Part shown: positions 1 to 12,049 of the stretch, piece after piece
Layout: each line of letters starts with the position of its first letter
Numbering within the stretch: position 1 is the first letter of the stretch
The notes under the pieces: generated by a model
Told to the model about the DNA's origin: nothing
The model's input: the letters and a program-made list of their open reading frames with translations, nothing else
Databases searched by the model: none
Made by a program: the position numbers and the translations under genes
Source: Raillietiella orientalis
Taxonomy: Eukaryota
Length of the DNA stretch: 64,000 nucleotides
Reading direction: 5' to 3'
NCBI GenBank assembly: GCA_036172245.1
Contig: JAYWIR010000033.1
Span: forward strand, 1,550,001-1,614,000

Positions 1-560
1 TGGGTTTCGATTTCCCTTCACAGGACGACGCTGGTTGGTCTAAATGGTCCCCGGGTGCGGCACTGGTGGAAGCCGGGGATCCTTGGATGCCCCCGCTGAC
101 TGGCCGGGATTAGGAAGTCGGCTTCTCCAAGGTACTTCTGGGAATCAGGGAGCTCTTCGAGGTTCCCCTCCGGCTGCGGAAACGGAACCATCCATCGCAT
201 ACCCTGGAGCTGCTTGACACCCCCTTTATGGGGGTCGCCTCTCCCTTCGGGGAGCAACCTTCAGAGAAATCAAGAAGCGTCCCTCAAGAGTTGTCTTCCG
301 GGGGAGGAAACCAGGCGCAGTTCCCTTGCGGGTGCCTTCCGGTGAAGAAATTCCAGGAGTGGATGCTTTCCGGATCCCCTTCGGAGAAGAGACGAAGAGT
401 CGCTCCCTCCGGGGGGTGAGAATAAGAAAGATACTCTCCTTCGAGGTTCTCCTTCCTAAGAAGTACTCCTTTCTCTGTAGCCTTCCCGGATCTATGGGGT
501 GGTCCCTAAATCCAGGAAATCCGAAGGGTCAACACGCACCCTCTGGTGGCGTGGACAGCG
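1..560 (+). mobile_element. SINE-like dispersed repeat, copy A (head cut by window edge)
   Basis: Shares ordered blocks GGGTTTCGA..CAGGACGACGCTGGTTGG, CGGGTGCGGCACTGGTGGAAG, CTTCAGAGAAA..GAAGCGTCCCT and CACGCACCCTCTGGTGGC with copies at 2.3, 19.0, 33.6, 53.5-55.2 and 61.0 kb; no conserved ORF across copies. Confidence 0.7.
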
Positions 561-2314
561 CCATCGACAGATATTTTTCGGGATTTTTCTTAATCTTCTC
601 CTCCCTCTTCAGTGCGCTCCACCAGTTGCACCTTGTCGGGTGCCACGACACCTGCCCATGGGATCCGATGACGGCCTTTCCACGCTGCTTTCTTCCTTCC
701 TTTAAACCGAAGAGCGAAGATTCCGCTGGCGCATCCTGACTTGGGCAAATCGATTTTTGTTAATGAGCTCGTTTTTAAAGCGTTGGTCGTTCCCTCTTAC
801 CGACGAACGAGGCGTTTCGAAGGCTCAGACGCGCAGATGTTCCACCGCGCGGCACTCACGCACGCACAAAGGAAATCACGTGGTGCCTCTGCGCCCACGG
901 CTGCGGAAGAAGACGTTGCATCCACCGTCTCCGTCCCCTTCTACTTAAAACGCTATCAGTCAGCTAAGCCTACCTTCCAAATAAATTTCACCCAAAAAAG
1001 AAAAAAAAAAAAGAAAACGGAAAGGAAGCAGGCGTTCCCATGGCAACGCAATCTCAACTCTTAGTGCCATATGTGGTTCTACTGGCTTTTCACAGATCGC
1101 TTTTGCCTTTCAATCAATCGTAGAGACTTTAATCCTTTCTATTAAAACGAAGTAATGGCGCACGATGAGTAGAGATTACTCGAGCAAATCCCCGTTCGGA
1201 TCTGGAATTGATGCACTTTTATAAATAAATCAATAATTGTATTAGGGAAGTCATGCGGACGTAACAATGCTCGCGGAGGAAGCGCCTCGGGCCTACGATT
1301 TATACGTATTTAAATCACTAATAAAGCGTATTGGGGTGAGCGAGGAATTACACGGAATAATTCGCTCGAATAATTGAATTTGTGATTCCGCGTGTTTCGT
1401 GCCGGGAGGGCAAGAGTTCCCGTGCCGCCGAGATCTGCATGATGAGGGAGGATTACGCCAAGAATTCCGAAGTTCCGAGGTAGAATTAAGCTGACAAGCG
1501 TCCATTACTCTAATAGAATCGATGGTTCCCCTCGCTCCCCCCCCCTCCTTCCCCTCGTCTCGAGCGGCTTGGAGACGTCCTGCTCTACGGAAAGCCGTGG
1601 GCCGGGAGACGCCCCGGAGCCACCGGAATGAGCGCGGAGTATGGATGGGTGAAGCGACAGAGGAGACGCGCAATCTGCGGACGGGCAGCAGCGCACCTCT
1701 GATTTTCTTTTTTTTTTTCTTCTGCACCGCAGGGGCTGGTCGATAACCATCCGCCTCACAGGTGTAAGCGCTCCGCCACTTCTCGCGCGACCTCGATGCG
1801 CGCGCGCGTTTTTCGTCTGCTCACGTACGTCGCGTGGTGGCAGATGGGGTCAGATTTCCAGATGCACGTGGACGCGGAGGAGACACGCCGTCCCTGAAAC
1901 GGACGGAACGCGGACTGCGACCTCCATCCCTTGCGGTGCGTGCGTCCTGGGTTTTGCTGACGCGTACGCGGCAACCAGTGTGCGCGCGCGCGCGGAAGCT
2001 GCTCTGATACGCGCCATCTTCCGGCCTGGACGTTGCTGCTGCACGCGCCATTCTGCCGCACGCTGGGCGTTCGGCATCCACCTGTGAACAACTCGCACGC
2101 GTCAAGGAAGCCGATGGCCACGTGGCTACTCAGGCAGGGAGAGGAGGCATCCCGATCCTGGACGAAAGCGAAAGCCTGCGTGGAGCGCCCTGCGGTTCTC
2201 CAGGATCTCGCGAAATCCTTGCTTTGCCCACTATAGGCTCGCCGTTTATTGGAGCTGCTTGTGATCGGTGGAGGGCCCACCCGAGGGTAAGTATGACTTT
2301 TTTAAGTTAGAAGG

Positions 2315-2815
2315 TCACTCTGGAAAGACCACCCTATGAATCCGGGAAGACTCCGGAGGAAGGCGTCTGTTCCTCTTACGCCCTGGGAGGGACTCCCGGA
2401 ATGGAACACGCAAGGGAACCTTTCCTTGTTTCTTCTTCTGAAGAGAACCCTGAAAGGACGCTTCCAAATTTCTCTGGAGGGCGCTTCCCGAAGGCAGCAG
2501 CGCGCTTCTTGACACTCCCAAGAGGCGACCCTCCGAAAGAGGCGTCAACCATTTCCATGGGGCGCGATGGACGGCTCTTTTTTCGCAACTGGAGGGAAAC
2601 CTCGAAGGGCTCCCTGATTCCAGGAAAGACTCCGGACTGGGAGGCATTCGACTTCCACCAGTGCCGCACCCGAAGACCATAAGGCCAACCAGCATCATCC
2701 TGTGGAGGGAAATAGAAACCCAGGACACGCACATTTCCAGGCGTCGATCCTTCTCCGGGTGGGAGTTGAGCCCGCAACTCTTGGCGCCAGCGCAGTGGTT
2801 TTAAGGCTACTCTTT
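2315..2815 (-). mobile_element. SINE-like dispersed repeat, copy B
   Basis: Contains TCTGAAGAGAACCC..GGACGCTTCC block and CCAGTGCCGCACCCG..GGCCAACCAGCATCATCCTG; the minus-strand head reads tRNA-like (..CCAAGAGTTGCGGGCTCAACTCCCACC). Confidence 0.7.
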
Positions 2816-3689
2816 CAAATGGTGAGACTAGAATTCTGGATTGCATTGGATGTGGTTCGTGAACCGCTCTACCGTAAGAACATCCTCTTGTCATCTGACG
2901 GGATCTGCAGCACCCAGTTGATTCTTTGATTTGAAACCCTTGAAGGTTTTTCCTTCTTGTTAAACCAGATCCCGGGAGCAGGGGATTCTTCTAACGTGCA
3001 GCATTCGAAGGATGAGGAGCCTGGAAGAGTTCCGAGTACTCGAGAAATCAGGAGGAAAAACAAGCGTCCCGAGTGAACGCTTGGATCTCGCTCCACTTTC
3101 GGGAATGAGAAACGTATTTCTGCCTGGAGGGTTGCCACTGGAAACGTCGAAAAGGCAGCAAATGAACTCGAGCGACAAGTGGATGACGGATGCATCATTC
3201 AGGCGAGCAGGTGCGTTAATTACGGGCTTTCCGTTTCCTTCTCTCTGAAGAACATTCCTCACCCGCGTATCCGTCGTTCCTTCCTCCTTCCGGAAAGTTT
3301 TCGGGCGAGTGCGAAGCTCGCAGCAGAATCCCAGACGTCCCGGACCCGCAGGTCAGACGTCCTTGAGCGTTTCCCTTGTAAGAGTGCCTTCGGGGAAGGA
3401 AGGTGGCTGGTGCGGACCTCGCTCCTGCACCGCGGTTCCACGTGAAGGTCGAGTGCCAACTCGGCAGAGCTGCCACCGGCTCCAGCCCGCCACGATCGTG
3501 AATTTCGCGCCCTCTTCTCATCGCGTGGTTCCCCGTGGAAAACAGCAGTAGCCGCCGCATTTTGTTCTGCAAGCGGCACGGAACACTTCGGACAAAACAA
3601 ATCCCTCGTATAGATTTTTGTTCGGCCCGGCTCAGCACGATTGCTGCACCCAATTAGATCGAACTCTCTTCCGTCGCAGGAGCGCAAGG

Positions 3690-4260
3690 CTCATCTTCAA
3701 CGCACTCCCATGACCCTCAGTGCGGCGTCCTGCCGCCGCATCCTGGAAGGAACCGGGAGGAGTACGGTGACGTCTTCTCCCTCCTTCCGGCAAGAACGCA
3801 TCACCTTCGCGGAGGTTCCGGAGGTAGTTGCGGCGCTGGGAGGAAGGGAGAGGGGGGTTCTTTTCTTCTCTCAGACCTGTCCGGCTTCCCTTTCGACCTC
3901 GGGACGTCCGATTGGGTGCTTCCACCGCTGCTGCTGCGCGGCGCTGGGACGTGGCGTCTGACGCGATCCACTTACCGCAGTCAACGGGCTGCAGCTAAAA
4001 TCGGGATTGCGGCGGTTCTTGCGAAAGAGGAGACTCTCTCCCATCCTCCCAGGCAAGCACCCGCCGTAGCCCTCCATGCACTCTTCCGAGGCGCGCCTGC
4101 TTCCCGGTACAGCGTCGTTCCAAGAGCGGTTTACCCTCGTACGGAAGCTTTGCCTGCATAAGGGCGTCCGGCTGGATGCCGCCTTCCTCATTGCGTCCCT
4201 AACCCACCGTGAAACATGAAGCCGGAAAAACGCAGCCAGCAGGAGGCAGGCGCTAGCGAG
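3690..4260 (-). pseudogene. Probable BEL/Pao LTR-retrotransposon integrase C-terminal remnant
   Basis: Across shifting minus frames, in the expected order: FHGGL (cf. PHFGGLWE), FSCSPLTAVS (cf. NSRPLTxVS), QRRNYLRNLREGDAFL (cf. RNLKVGDVVL). Heavily decayed. Confidence 0.4.
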
Positions 4261-4459
4261 GAACCCAGCGGTTCAGGGCTGATTAGGTACTCCATTCGGA
4301 GCGCTGTTGTCATGGTGAAGTCTATTGAAGCCGTCATGAACTGCCACCGTTATTAAGCTGATAAGGACAGATTTTATTTCAGTAAGGATGTTACAAATCA
4401 TAGAAAAAATAATAATTAAGCTATTGAATTTTCCTTGGGCTATTAAATTCCTCCCTACA

Positions 4460-5973
4460 CTCCCGATTTTTAATCTTGACGGGTTGAAAACACTTCCTCT
4501 TCTTCTGCTGTTCCATCTTTCAGACAAATTGTCATCTGGAGGATGTCCTAGACAGTGCGCCCAGTAGATGCCCCCACTATGCTGGATAGATGAGACCACC
4601 ATCGAGTGAGTCATTGTGAGCCACTTACCACTTCGGGAAGCCCAACTCACGAATGGCTCCTCCCTTCCGAGGGTGCCACGATCCTGTTGTGGCTGCAAGA
4701 AAACGCAAGTGCTTGAGCCTGAAGGCCGTTTCTCGTGAACATCAAGGCGAACTCCTGGTACTTCTTTTCCTTTTTCCAATCCTGTGACGCGGAATGCCTC
4801 GTTTATCGAAGGGACAGGAGACTCCGAGGATGATTGTTCGGCCAGCAGCACCGGATTCTGCCTCAGGCGGAAATCGGACACACAGGCAAGGTCTTGTCGG
4901 CCGACGGCCAGCTTCCGCTTTGCGGTATCCTCCGCCGCCGCTGCCAGTCTCTCGACTGGGGCGCTGCAGAAGCAAAGTCTAATGCAATATCACAGTAACC
5001 AGCAACCAATTCTTCTGTCTCCTTAATCTGTGCATCCTCACGAAGATCAGATCATGTGACATCAAGCCCTTCAGCACTGGATGTGTACGGGAGAGAACAC
5101 TTCGTGCGAGTGGTCAGCGTCTCGTCCCATTCCACACACAGGCATCGGCGGTGTCTGCGTAGTCTGCCTGCGTGGGAACCTCTCGACGGCACCCCCGAAT
5201 CGGTAGTAGGTTTGTTCTTGCAGTATGGGACGAACCGGAAGCAGACCAAGAGAAGATCAAAGTAGTCAAAGAGAAGCATCCGGAAATTCGCAGAGGCACA
5301 GATTGGCCGCCACTCGCTCTTGACCACACGAGGGCCGTCTGCCTAACCCTCCCAAGAGGACAAGGGAAGAACAGTTTGGAAGGCCGGGACAAATGGCGAG
5401 TACCATCACCGCTGGCAACGAACTTTCGTAGCCCACCGCGGGAGGAAGAGGCAAGGTGGCTTCGTTTCCAGGATGCCGGCAGCACCCTCTGCGGAGAAAA
5501 AATGACCTGCGCACCGCCTGTTCCCTTGCTGCTTCCGAACCTTAATCCCTTTTTTCCCCATCCCTTTTTTGGGCCCTTGAGGAAGAGCATTTCCTGGGCG
5601 AAAAAGAATTTTCACGTTAGATGGAATCCGACCTCGAGGAAGATGCTGCAGGAAGATCATTCAGGAGCGTCTCCCTGGACAACCACGTAAACGCCCTCTT
5701 GAATATCCGTTTGCTATCTCCAGACTCCAGAAGTAGGGAATGCGAAAAAAGCAGGATGCGAGAAAATCGGGGTTGACTGGGACAAACCGATGCGCAGGCT
5801 CCCGTGGTTCGCCCATTCTACTCGAAGGAATCTACTCTTCCCCAACCGGCATAGGGGGGGGCATCTACTGGGCTCAATGTCTAGGACATCCTCCAGATGG
5901 CAATTTCTCTGAAAGATGGAACAGTAGAAGAAGAGGAAGTGCTTTTCAGCCCATAAAAATTGAAAATGGGGGG
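4460..5973. repeat. Pair of ~125-bp inverted repeats (4460-4585 and 5846-5973)
   Basis: CACTTCCTCTTCTTCTGCTGTTCCATCTTTCAGA..CATCTGGAGGATGTCCTAGACA..CCCAGTAGATGCCCCC on the left is the reverse complement, with scattered mismatches, of the right block. Confidence 0.9.
4590..4950 (-). pseudogene. Fragment of restriction-like-endonuclease (NeSL/R2/R4-type) non-LTR retrotransposon
   Basis: Inverted homolog of 7390-7680; translates IILGVSCPF..EAFRVTGLEK.KK/Y, matching the RLE motif DV(S/T)xPFEN..AF..R.EK..KY. Confidence 0.6.
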
Positions 5974-6125
5974 GTCACAGGCAGGATCCTTCCTTGCAGT
6001 TCATCCCAGTGTACCGCGAGGCCCCTTCCTAGCTCTGGGTGTTCGCTTCACCAGTTCATGCCGCGCGTGCGCATGCGTGCTCTTCGCGCGTTGCGCATCG
6101 CCACGGCAAACTCCTTCTTCGTTTC

Positions 6126-7046
6126 CCCCACCCGGGTGCTCCGGGGAGTTTATTTAGCTAAAAATAGGCATTCACAAATATCCACGTGGTCAGACCGGTG
6201 GTTCAATTACGTTCGTTTTAGCGAGGCCTGTCGGGTTACCGCAGACCGATGAGGTCCGCAACGGCAGCAGAAGGGGGAAGTGGGCAAACAAAAAGAAAGA
6301 AACAAACAAAAATAAACATAGATAAACAAATTTGGGGGAGTGCGGGAAGGTAATCACGTTTTTCTGGGGACGATCCTTTGCAGGCTCCTCTAAAGGATGC
6401 CGGCAAGGTCTTTCTGGTCGGCCATCTTGTTGCCATCTTCACGAAAGGGACAGTGAAATGGATGTGACACCCCGGTCGCTCGATCCTCCTCTTTTGTCGC
6501 TCCAGGAAGCGACGATCCCGCGTAGGCAGCAGAGAGCTGCTGGCGAGGCTGCCGGCCGAAGTGCGTCGCGTAAGAGGAGGGGACGTATAGCGTCCCTGAA
6601 GTTGCCTCCAGGGGTTCCAAGGACCGTGGAGAAGCGTTCCCAGAGGGGCCAGAGGGCAACACAATCCACAAGCAGCTGCGGGAGGGATTCGCGCTTTCCG
6701 CATCTGGCACAGTTGAGATCCACACCCTCTTGTGTTCAGCTATGCCGGCGGGCGTTGCACGGGAGGACCCAGTGCAGCAGCATCAACTCCGACTCCTGCT
6801 ACTTCAAGAAGAGGCTCTACTTGTCCAAGAACACTGGGAACCACTGGGAACACTTCTTCCTCCTGAATACCCAGCAGCACTCTCCGGTGCAAAAGCCCAC
6901 GTGGTAAGGCACTGGGGATCGCAGCCTCCGTAAGCTGGCCCGTCGTCCACTCACCCAGTCCTCTGCTCCTACCAGAAATTTCCATAGCAACCTCCCATCT
7001 AGCCGCAAGGCTGCTGCTGCCCCTATGTTGCTTGAGGAAGGGCAGC
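6126..7046 (-). mobile_element. 5'-truncated L1/Tx1-type LINE, 3' ~0.9 kb (zf-RVT C-terminus + 3'UTR)
   Basis: Minus-strand DLNCARCGKRESLPQLLVDCVALWPLWERF (CxxC..E..HLL..C ORF2 C-terminal finger), T-rich 3'UTR, terminal AATAAA+hairpin; alignable to 53672-54581. Confidence 0.85.
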
Positions 7047-7049
7047 GCT

Positions 7050-7690
7050 GCAGCGAGGGAGGTTCTTTCTGATCAACTCCCTCTTCATGAATGACTCAGA
7101 GGTTACGCCTCCAGCCTGAATTCGGAGTTCTCCATTTAGAAAACGTTGGTGGCAGGAGAGAGAGAAACCGCACCTCACGGGTGATGGCGTCGCGCAGCAA
7201 CCTTCAGAATCCGGCATGGACGCACGATTCCCGGAACGCGATTCCAACGGATGAATCCAGAAGATTCTGGGGAGCCTTCTAGAAGGTGCCTTTCCCGAAC
7301 AATGCTGGGAAGGACGAAGTGGGAGCGATTCGCGACCGAGGATCTCCCGCTGGAGAAAGAATTTCCACGCTGGCTCAAGAACCGAGGAAGCAGAGCCGTC
7401 TGCCGAAGACGCGGAAGAAAAATTTCCTACAGCTCCGGCAGCTGCCAGAAGAATCATCCTGGAATTCTCCTGTCCCTTCGAAAACAAAGAAGAAGCATTC
7501 TGCCTCACAAGATCGGAAAAAGGAAAAGAAGTACCAAAAGATCGCCTTTGTGTTCACGAGAAAAGCACGTGCGTTTTCTTGCAGCCACAACAGGATCGTG
7601 GTCCCCTCGGAGGAGCCATCCGTGAGCTGGGCATCCCGGAGCTGTACGTGGCTCACAATGAGTCACTCGACAATGGCCTCTGCGAAGTGG
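7050..7690 (+). pseudogene. Restriction-like-endonuclease non-LTR retrotransposon C-terminal remnant
   Basis: RIILEFSCPFENKEEAFCLTRSEK/EKKYQKIA followed by IVV and LGIP..Y; frameshifted. The 7050-7390 part is assigned by position only. Confidence 0.6.
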
Positions 7691-8519
7691 ACGGATGCTC
7701 TTCACCTCCTCCTCAGTCCCATGGGTGTGGATGTCGAATGTGCTACTTCGGAGACATTCGCTCTGCGGAAGAGAAATCTCCTGTATTTGCAGAGGGGATG
7801 GGGGAGGTTAGCGTGTCGAGAAGAAGCGTGCGAATTGATGACCGCCCACGCTGGCTGCATACGCCGCCGCCACCGCACAGCTGCCGGAGGAGGCAACACT
7901 GCAACCGTCCTCAGCGTACAGTGGAGCACGCGGAGGTCGCGTCGGCACCCGATCCAAGTCAGACCTCGAATCGGTCATCCATGGATGGTGTCGTTGGTGT
8001 TCTGAAGGGGGACTGGCGGTTTTCAACCCACTTGCATGGCTCGAAAGCGTTCGTGAATTTCCTTCTGCAGGGGGCCACTGAAGAGAAGTCTCGCATGGTG
8101 CGTCTCTGGTTTTCGATGCTGAGCCCGAACATCTCGCTCTCCCCATCAGTCAGATGACGGACACTGCAGCACTGACAAGCTAGAAGAAGTACCAGAAGGC
8201 GCTGAACAGGGAATCTTCATCGGAGAAGTCTCTTTCATTCAAGGGCACATTGCTGTTGGATGTTTGAAAATTGAATTGGATTGAGGTCGAGTTTCCACCC
8301 CACCCCTATCCTTCCCCTCTCTTTCCAAAAATAAATGCATCACATCTGATCGGGCAACCGAATTTTTATGCCTGACCTCCCCGAGAGGGCAAGGGAAGGA
8401 CACCGCTTTGGCGTGGAAAACTTACTTTTAAAATTTTAATAGACGACGAGAGAGGATGGAGAAATCCCGTAGACGGCTGTGCAGTCGTGCGCGGAAAAGA
8501 TCTTTCCTTTTCATTCGCA

Positions 8520-9207
8520 GCTAACGGTGGCGTCGTTTGGTGTCCACGTTTCCATGGACACGCGAAACTTCTGGCAGGCCGCTCTCATTGGGCTAGCCGG
8601 CACCGGGTTCGTTCCCTCGGCTGGTCAAGCTCCTGTGGGAAACCTTTCCCCCTTTTGCCACCTGGACGGCACACCAGCTCGTAGACTGTGTTGCCTCCCG
8701 GCCCCTGTGGCTGCGTTACGCAACGACCCGTGGCGCGCCGATGGACAATCCCAGGGACGGGATGAAGCGCCTCTTCGTGTGCGGTGTCCTTTCTCCCGGT
8801 GCATCTCCTGCAGCTCTTTGCTGCTGCCTACGCAGGATTCTGGTGGCCTGGAGCTACGCGAGAGGAGGACAGCGCGATAGGGACGCCATCTGCTTCGCCC
8901 TGGGCTTCATGAGGACGGCCCTACCTGGGGCACACTCGGACGGAACTTGCCAGTATTCTGGAAAGGATGCAGAGAGAACCCCCTCCAGCGGGCAGCAATC
9001 CTTTCCTGGGCAACCGCAGAGTTTCTTTTTTTTATTGATTTTTATTTCTGTTTGCCCCCTTCCCCGCTGCCGAGGCGAAGCTCGCCGGCCTGCGCACCGG
9101 TTACTCCACAGGTTCGGAGCATTTTCGGACAATGTAGGGCCGATCGCCCTACATTATCCGAACATTTTTCATTATTTTTATAATAAACGCTCTGGAGTTA
9201 CTGGGTG
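8520..9207 (+). mobile_element. 5'-truncated L1/Tx1-type LINE 3' end
   Basis: RDGMKRLFVCGVLSPGASPAALCCCLRRILVAW..GG..RDAICFA is homologous to the other LINE C-termini; T-rich 3'UTR and AATAAACGCTCTGGAGTTACTGGGTG terminus. Confidence 0.75.
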
Positions 9208-10049
9208 CTACCCCAACTACTACGGAAACGCACGGGGACTCCCGCTCTGACCACGTGCCTTCGCTGCATTTCCAGAAACCGAGGCATAGGGGCCTCCTGC
9301 TGGTAAGAACAGCGGCAGCGTGGCTTGCTGCCGCATCTTCGTCGAGATTGCGCCCCCACTGCATCCCGAGATGCGTTCCTTTTCGCAGGCGCCGGATGAG
9401 TTTCCCGCTAGCAGCCTGCGCGCTGCGCCACAGCTTCGGCTTCCCGCGAGCCACCGGCACGGCGAGTACGGTCCCAGCAGCCTGCGGAAGCCGCAACTGC
9501 AACTACTTGTTGTTCTTGTTTCTTCTGTCGCTCCAGGCCCGAGCACGGAGGCCATCCGCCGGCTCAGATCCTCCGCTTCCTTCCGCCCCCGTCCGCTCAT
9601 CCCGGTGGGCGGCATTTTTCGAAGGCGAGCGCCCGCGGATAGGCGCGCCGCCCTGACCCGAACCTGGGCCACACGTTCCGCGACCGCGAGGGCACCTAAC
9701 CTGCTTTCCTAGCCCACTCGAAGATCACTGCTCTGGCTGCCGCCTGGGCACTGCTCCAGGCGATCCGCCGAAAGAGACCCTCAGCAAATTCGCGCCACTT
9801 TCGCGAATTCCGGGAAGCAAATTGAATCCCGGAGGTTCGACGCTTCGCGGGGCTTTTCATTTCAAAAGAGGCGCCCGTGCCTCAATCACGCGGCTGCGGC
9901 TGCGACTGTCGTGGTGCGGGGCGAACTTAACGAAGCTGCGGTCGTCCGTTCTCTCCCGGAGCAGATTCGATCATCCAAGTGCGTCGTCCTCCGTCCGCCC
10001 GGCAGCCGGCGGAGCTTCCGCCGTAAATCTTCCCGCTTTTTCCATCACC

Positions 10050-10800
10050 GCGGATCGCGCCGTCGGGAGCAGAGGAAGGAAGGAACGACGCCGCAGCATC
10101 AGAGCAAACCGTCGATATTTCGGGTACCCGGAAGAAATCGTCCGACGAGGACTTCCTCGTGAGTTAAGATGCAAATGGGAGAGATTTTTCAGCGGGCTGC
10201 CGGGAATTGTGGGACTCTGCATGACAGGGTGGATGAGCCATTCTTGTTCGGCCGAGAGAAATTGCACCGTCGTGAAGAGACGGCAAGGAGACGAAACATC
10301 ACACGTGATTTAGCTCGATGGGAGTACCATGGAACGGAGATCTCCGAGGTGACGCGGAACTGTGGGAGAGGAATTTCGTAGGTTCGTGGAAGAATTCCGA
10401 CTCCGTGGACTCTCCGCTCTTCACGGCGCGGACAAATGTCGACCCCGACGTTCCCCTGCTGCGGATCCGCCAGCCCACCGCGCGCAGCAATCAGACGAAG
10501 AGACTTCCTCGAATCGAAAAGGTCTGCGGGGCCGGACAAAAAAGAAGAGGCCACGTGAGTGGCGAAGCACACTTTCTGTTTCGTGGGGTCCCGTGGCCAG
10601 CTGACCAGCTTGAACCGAAGACGCTTCCAGAGCATTCGAAAGGGCGCTCCGGCACCTTTGGCGGCGAACAGGTGGCTGCGTGGACTCGCAAGGTTGCCAG
10701 TCCACCTGGAGAGTATTTTTCTTTTTGTCTTCCCCGGATGTCCTCACCTCCGGAAAGAAGCGAATTTCAAGAAGAACAACCACGCCCCTGTTTCGCGTGA
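10050..10800 (+). pseudogene. Possible BEL/Pao pol (RT/RNase H region) remnant
   Basis: MGVPWNGDL..ELWERNF (cf. LGVxWDxxL..W) and AWT/DSQ (cf. WTDS); weak, multi-frame. Confidence 0.3.
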
Positions 10801-10864
10801 GTCTCAGCAGTGCTTCTGGAAAAGCGGCCAGACAACCGGTCCGCATAGCGGATGATCGGTTTCA

Positions 10865-12049
10865 TTAGGTTGGTGCTGCCAACACAACATTTGAGTTTTC
10901 ATCATTTCAAGCTTTGCGCCGATTTTTCCAGTTGCCGTTGTCTTTTGCGCTGGTCACGTGATCCACATCATAGCAAACAATGAAGCTGGCACCACTGATT
11001 TCATCTCGTGTCCATCGTTTTCCTTCTTTGGTACTGTTGGAGACGACCTCTTAGATTCGCCATGGAGAAAAGGCAAATCCGCGCGATTTTGTCGAACGAG
11101 TTTCAGGTGGGTCGGAAGATGGAATTTGCTTTTGGCGAAGAGTCAGTCCGTAGTGCACGTGGGGAGCTCACCCCCACCGACTCCGAACACTTCGCGATGG
11201 AAGCGAAAATGAGGAGGGTCGTGGACGTCCTTCAGCTGCAGATTTAAGGTGATTTAAGAACCGTTAATGAAGCTGCGTAGAAAACAACTCGAGAGGAGGC
11301 AGAAGAACTCCGTGTTGATCATGCAACAGCTGTCCGACATTTGAGCCTAATTGGAAAAGCAAGAAAGCTCAATGGATCAATGGGCGCCGCATGAGCGAAT
11401 CGAGCAATTCGGCCATACGCAGTCTGCTCTGCGTTTCTTTTGCGTGGCCAAGATGGCCCCTTCCTGAATGGCATTGCCCCACGTGACGGAAGGCGGATTC
11501 CCTACCCCACAGTGGCTGGACCGGGGGGAAGCAGCGAAGCGGTTTCCTAAACCGAAAAAGATTGCGGTCCCTGCGAGTGGCATCCTTCGCCGCGACTTGT
11601 TAAATCCTGGTGAAACCACAGCAGCGGAAACATATTGCTAGGAAACCGAAAGGATGCACGAGGAGCTGCATCGCTTACGGCCAGCATTAGTCGATCGAAG
11701 AGGACCAGCTCTTCTTCGTGACAACACGCCAGACCACCCGTGTCACGAATGACTTCAAACAAGGAAACCTCGCCTCGCCCATCCCATCCTCCGCACCTGT
11801 CTCCGACAGATTGTCATCTTTTTAAACACTCGAGCAGTTCCCAAGGTGATCAAAGCATCAGCTCGATGATGAACCCGTTGATACCAGGACTCCGGGATTC
11901 GATCTTGCAGGAGTAAACAAACCCGTTTCCCGTTGGGAGAAACGCGTGCAGGCCAACGGCCTTCCTCCTTATTACTACATGTGATTTTCAACTGATACGT
12001 GCGTCTTTGTACTCGTTGCGTGGAAACCGCAATTATTTTTGTGCACCAA
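10865..12049 (+). mobile_element. Decayed near full-length mariner (Hsmar1/cecropia-like) DNA transposon
   Basis: Left end TTAGGTTGGTGC (10865-10876), right end AAACCGCAATTATTTTTGTGCACCAA (12024-12049). Transposase motifs in order: MEKRQIRAIL..EF..GRK, TTRE.AEEL.VDH.T.VRHL..IGK, WAPHE, RDNT (HDNARPH), LSPTDCHLF (YSPDLxPTDYH), SRWEKRV.ANG; many frameshifts. Confidence 0.92.

Noticed and set aside
7960..8030. DGVVGVLKGDWRF resembling the Harbinger transposase motif E..FG.LK.RWR
   Set aside because: Single weak motif with no other DDE motifs recognisable.
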